A stretch of DNA of 58,065 nucleotides from a virus (lineage: Duplodnaviria; Caudoviricetes). The first letter of the stretch is position 1. Each line of letters opens with the position of its first letter. The position numbers and the translations under genes are program-made. The stretch spans positions 1 through 58,065 of IMG/VR virus record IMGVR_UViG_3300027911_000015; one strand, written 5' to 3'. This document shows, one piece after another, positions 57,494 to 58,065 of this stretch. The notes under the pieces were generated by a model that was not told the DNA's origin, ran no database searches, and saw only the letters and a program-made list of their open reading frames with translations.

Positions 57494-57691
57494 CTACTTG
57501 AGAATGTTGCGAACAGCAGTGACGAAATCGAACATAAGAAACGCGAAGATGGTGACGGCAACCACAGGAGCGAACAGAAAGAGGATGACGAAGGTCATAA
57601 CACTATGAGGCTCGCCCTTGTTGGTGAAAGAATGTAGCGTAGCGGCCGCGAAGATAAGACACGCAAGAATATAGAGGGCGGCGACTTCCAT
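57494..57691 (-). CDS. Small two-TM membrane protein
   Basis: GGAG SD; hydrophobic. Confidence 0.6.
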   Translation of the reverse strand: MEVAALYILACLIFAAATLHSFTNKGEPHSVMTFVILFLFAPVVAVTIFAFLMFDFVTAVRNILK

Positions 57692-57692
57692 G

Positions 57693-57782
57693 TTAGCTCC
57701 AGATTACGGCGACGAAGATAAACACAATGATTAGTGCCATCGCGGTCATTACAACTAGGTTGAACTTATCAGGATCTTTCAT
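57693..57782 (-). CDS. 29-aa single-TM peptide (not in the ORF track)
   Basis: MKDPDKFNLVVMTAMALIIVFIFVAVIWS; GGAGG SD, ATGA overlap. Confidence 0.5.
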   Translation of the reverse strand: MKDPDKFNLVVMTAMALIIVFIFVAVIWS

Positions 57783-57988
57783 GCTTCCTCCTCGTTGACG
57801 GTCACATCGCCTGTGAAGGTGGAGACCAACTTGTAGACACGAATAACATCCAGGGGATGCCACTTTTCGATGAGGTCGATGGCCATGTCCTTGGCGTGGG
57901 CTTCGTCATTGGTTTCGCCAATGAACTCACGTTCGCCACCAAGATCCTCTTCCAGTTCCCGAACGATGATATACTTGTGGTTGCTCAT
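57779..57988 (-). CDS. Acidic early hypothetical protein (start MSNHKY)
   Basis: GAGGAG SD. Confidence 0.6.
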   Translation of the reverse strand: MSNHKYIIVRELEEDLGGEREFIGETNDEAHAKDMAIDLIEKWHPLDVIRVYKLVSTFTGDVTVNEEEA

Positions 57989-58015
57989 AGTGTTACTCCT
58001 CAATCGAATATGATG

Positions 58016-58043
58016 AGTATATCAGATACCGTCGGCGTGTCAA
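58016..58043 (-). promoter_or_regulatory. Sigma70-type early promoter TTGACA-N16-TATACT with extended -10 TG and A-rich upstream tract
   Basis: -35 at 58038-58043, -10 at 58016-58021. Confidence 0.75.
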
Positions 58044-58065
58044 CAAGTTTTTTCATTCTTACCGA

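Noticed and set aside
186-57637. Numerous antisense or alternative-frame ORFs in the track (e.g. 580-1107+, 46707-47501+, 50470-51180+, 54217-54960+)
   Set aside because: They lie wholly within well-supported genes, show no recognisable motifs, and are expected shadows of codon bias.
1-58065. Alternative genetic code, introns, inteins or a diversity-generating retroelement
   Set aside because: TAA, TAG and TGA all terminate recognisable genes at expected lengths; conserved genes are uninterrupted; no reverse transcriptase or template/variable repeat pair seen.

Overview
This is a 58 kb segment of a large T4-like (contractile-tailed) phage genome read in the standard genetic code, with most genes on the minus strand. 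Positions 1-28.2 kb hold the tail and baseplate module: fibres, a split DUF4815-type protein, gp8/7/6/25, tape measure, gp51/26/54/2/4/48/53, a hub protein and a gp5-GH19 fusion. Positions 28.3-33 kb hold gp32, gp59, gp33, a SleB hydrolase and a non-coding RNA locus. Positions 33-58 kb are accessory: PhoH, homospermidine synthase, phosphoesterases, GalE, a nucleotidyltransferase, a complete prkA-yeaH-ycgB(spoVR) operon, FtsH, a PRTase and many small or membrane ORFs. Six free-standing homing endonucleases are scattered through the window. The FtsH C-terminus suggests a (beta)proteobacterial host (inference). The strongest signals not in the ORF track are: (1) a circularly permuted, two-piece tmRNA gene with tag ANESVFFEEMALAA; (2) an unexplained 100-nt tRNA-like element directly upstream of it; (3) a probable programmed -1 frameshift joining gp26 to a start-less gp51 just before the tape measure gene; (4) an AUU-initiated fibre gene; (5) tmRNA, FtsH and PrkA/YeaH/YcgB together, suggesting a phage-encoded ribosome-rescue and proteostasis system. 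All family calls come from motif recognition; no searches were run.
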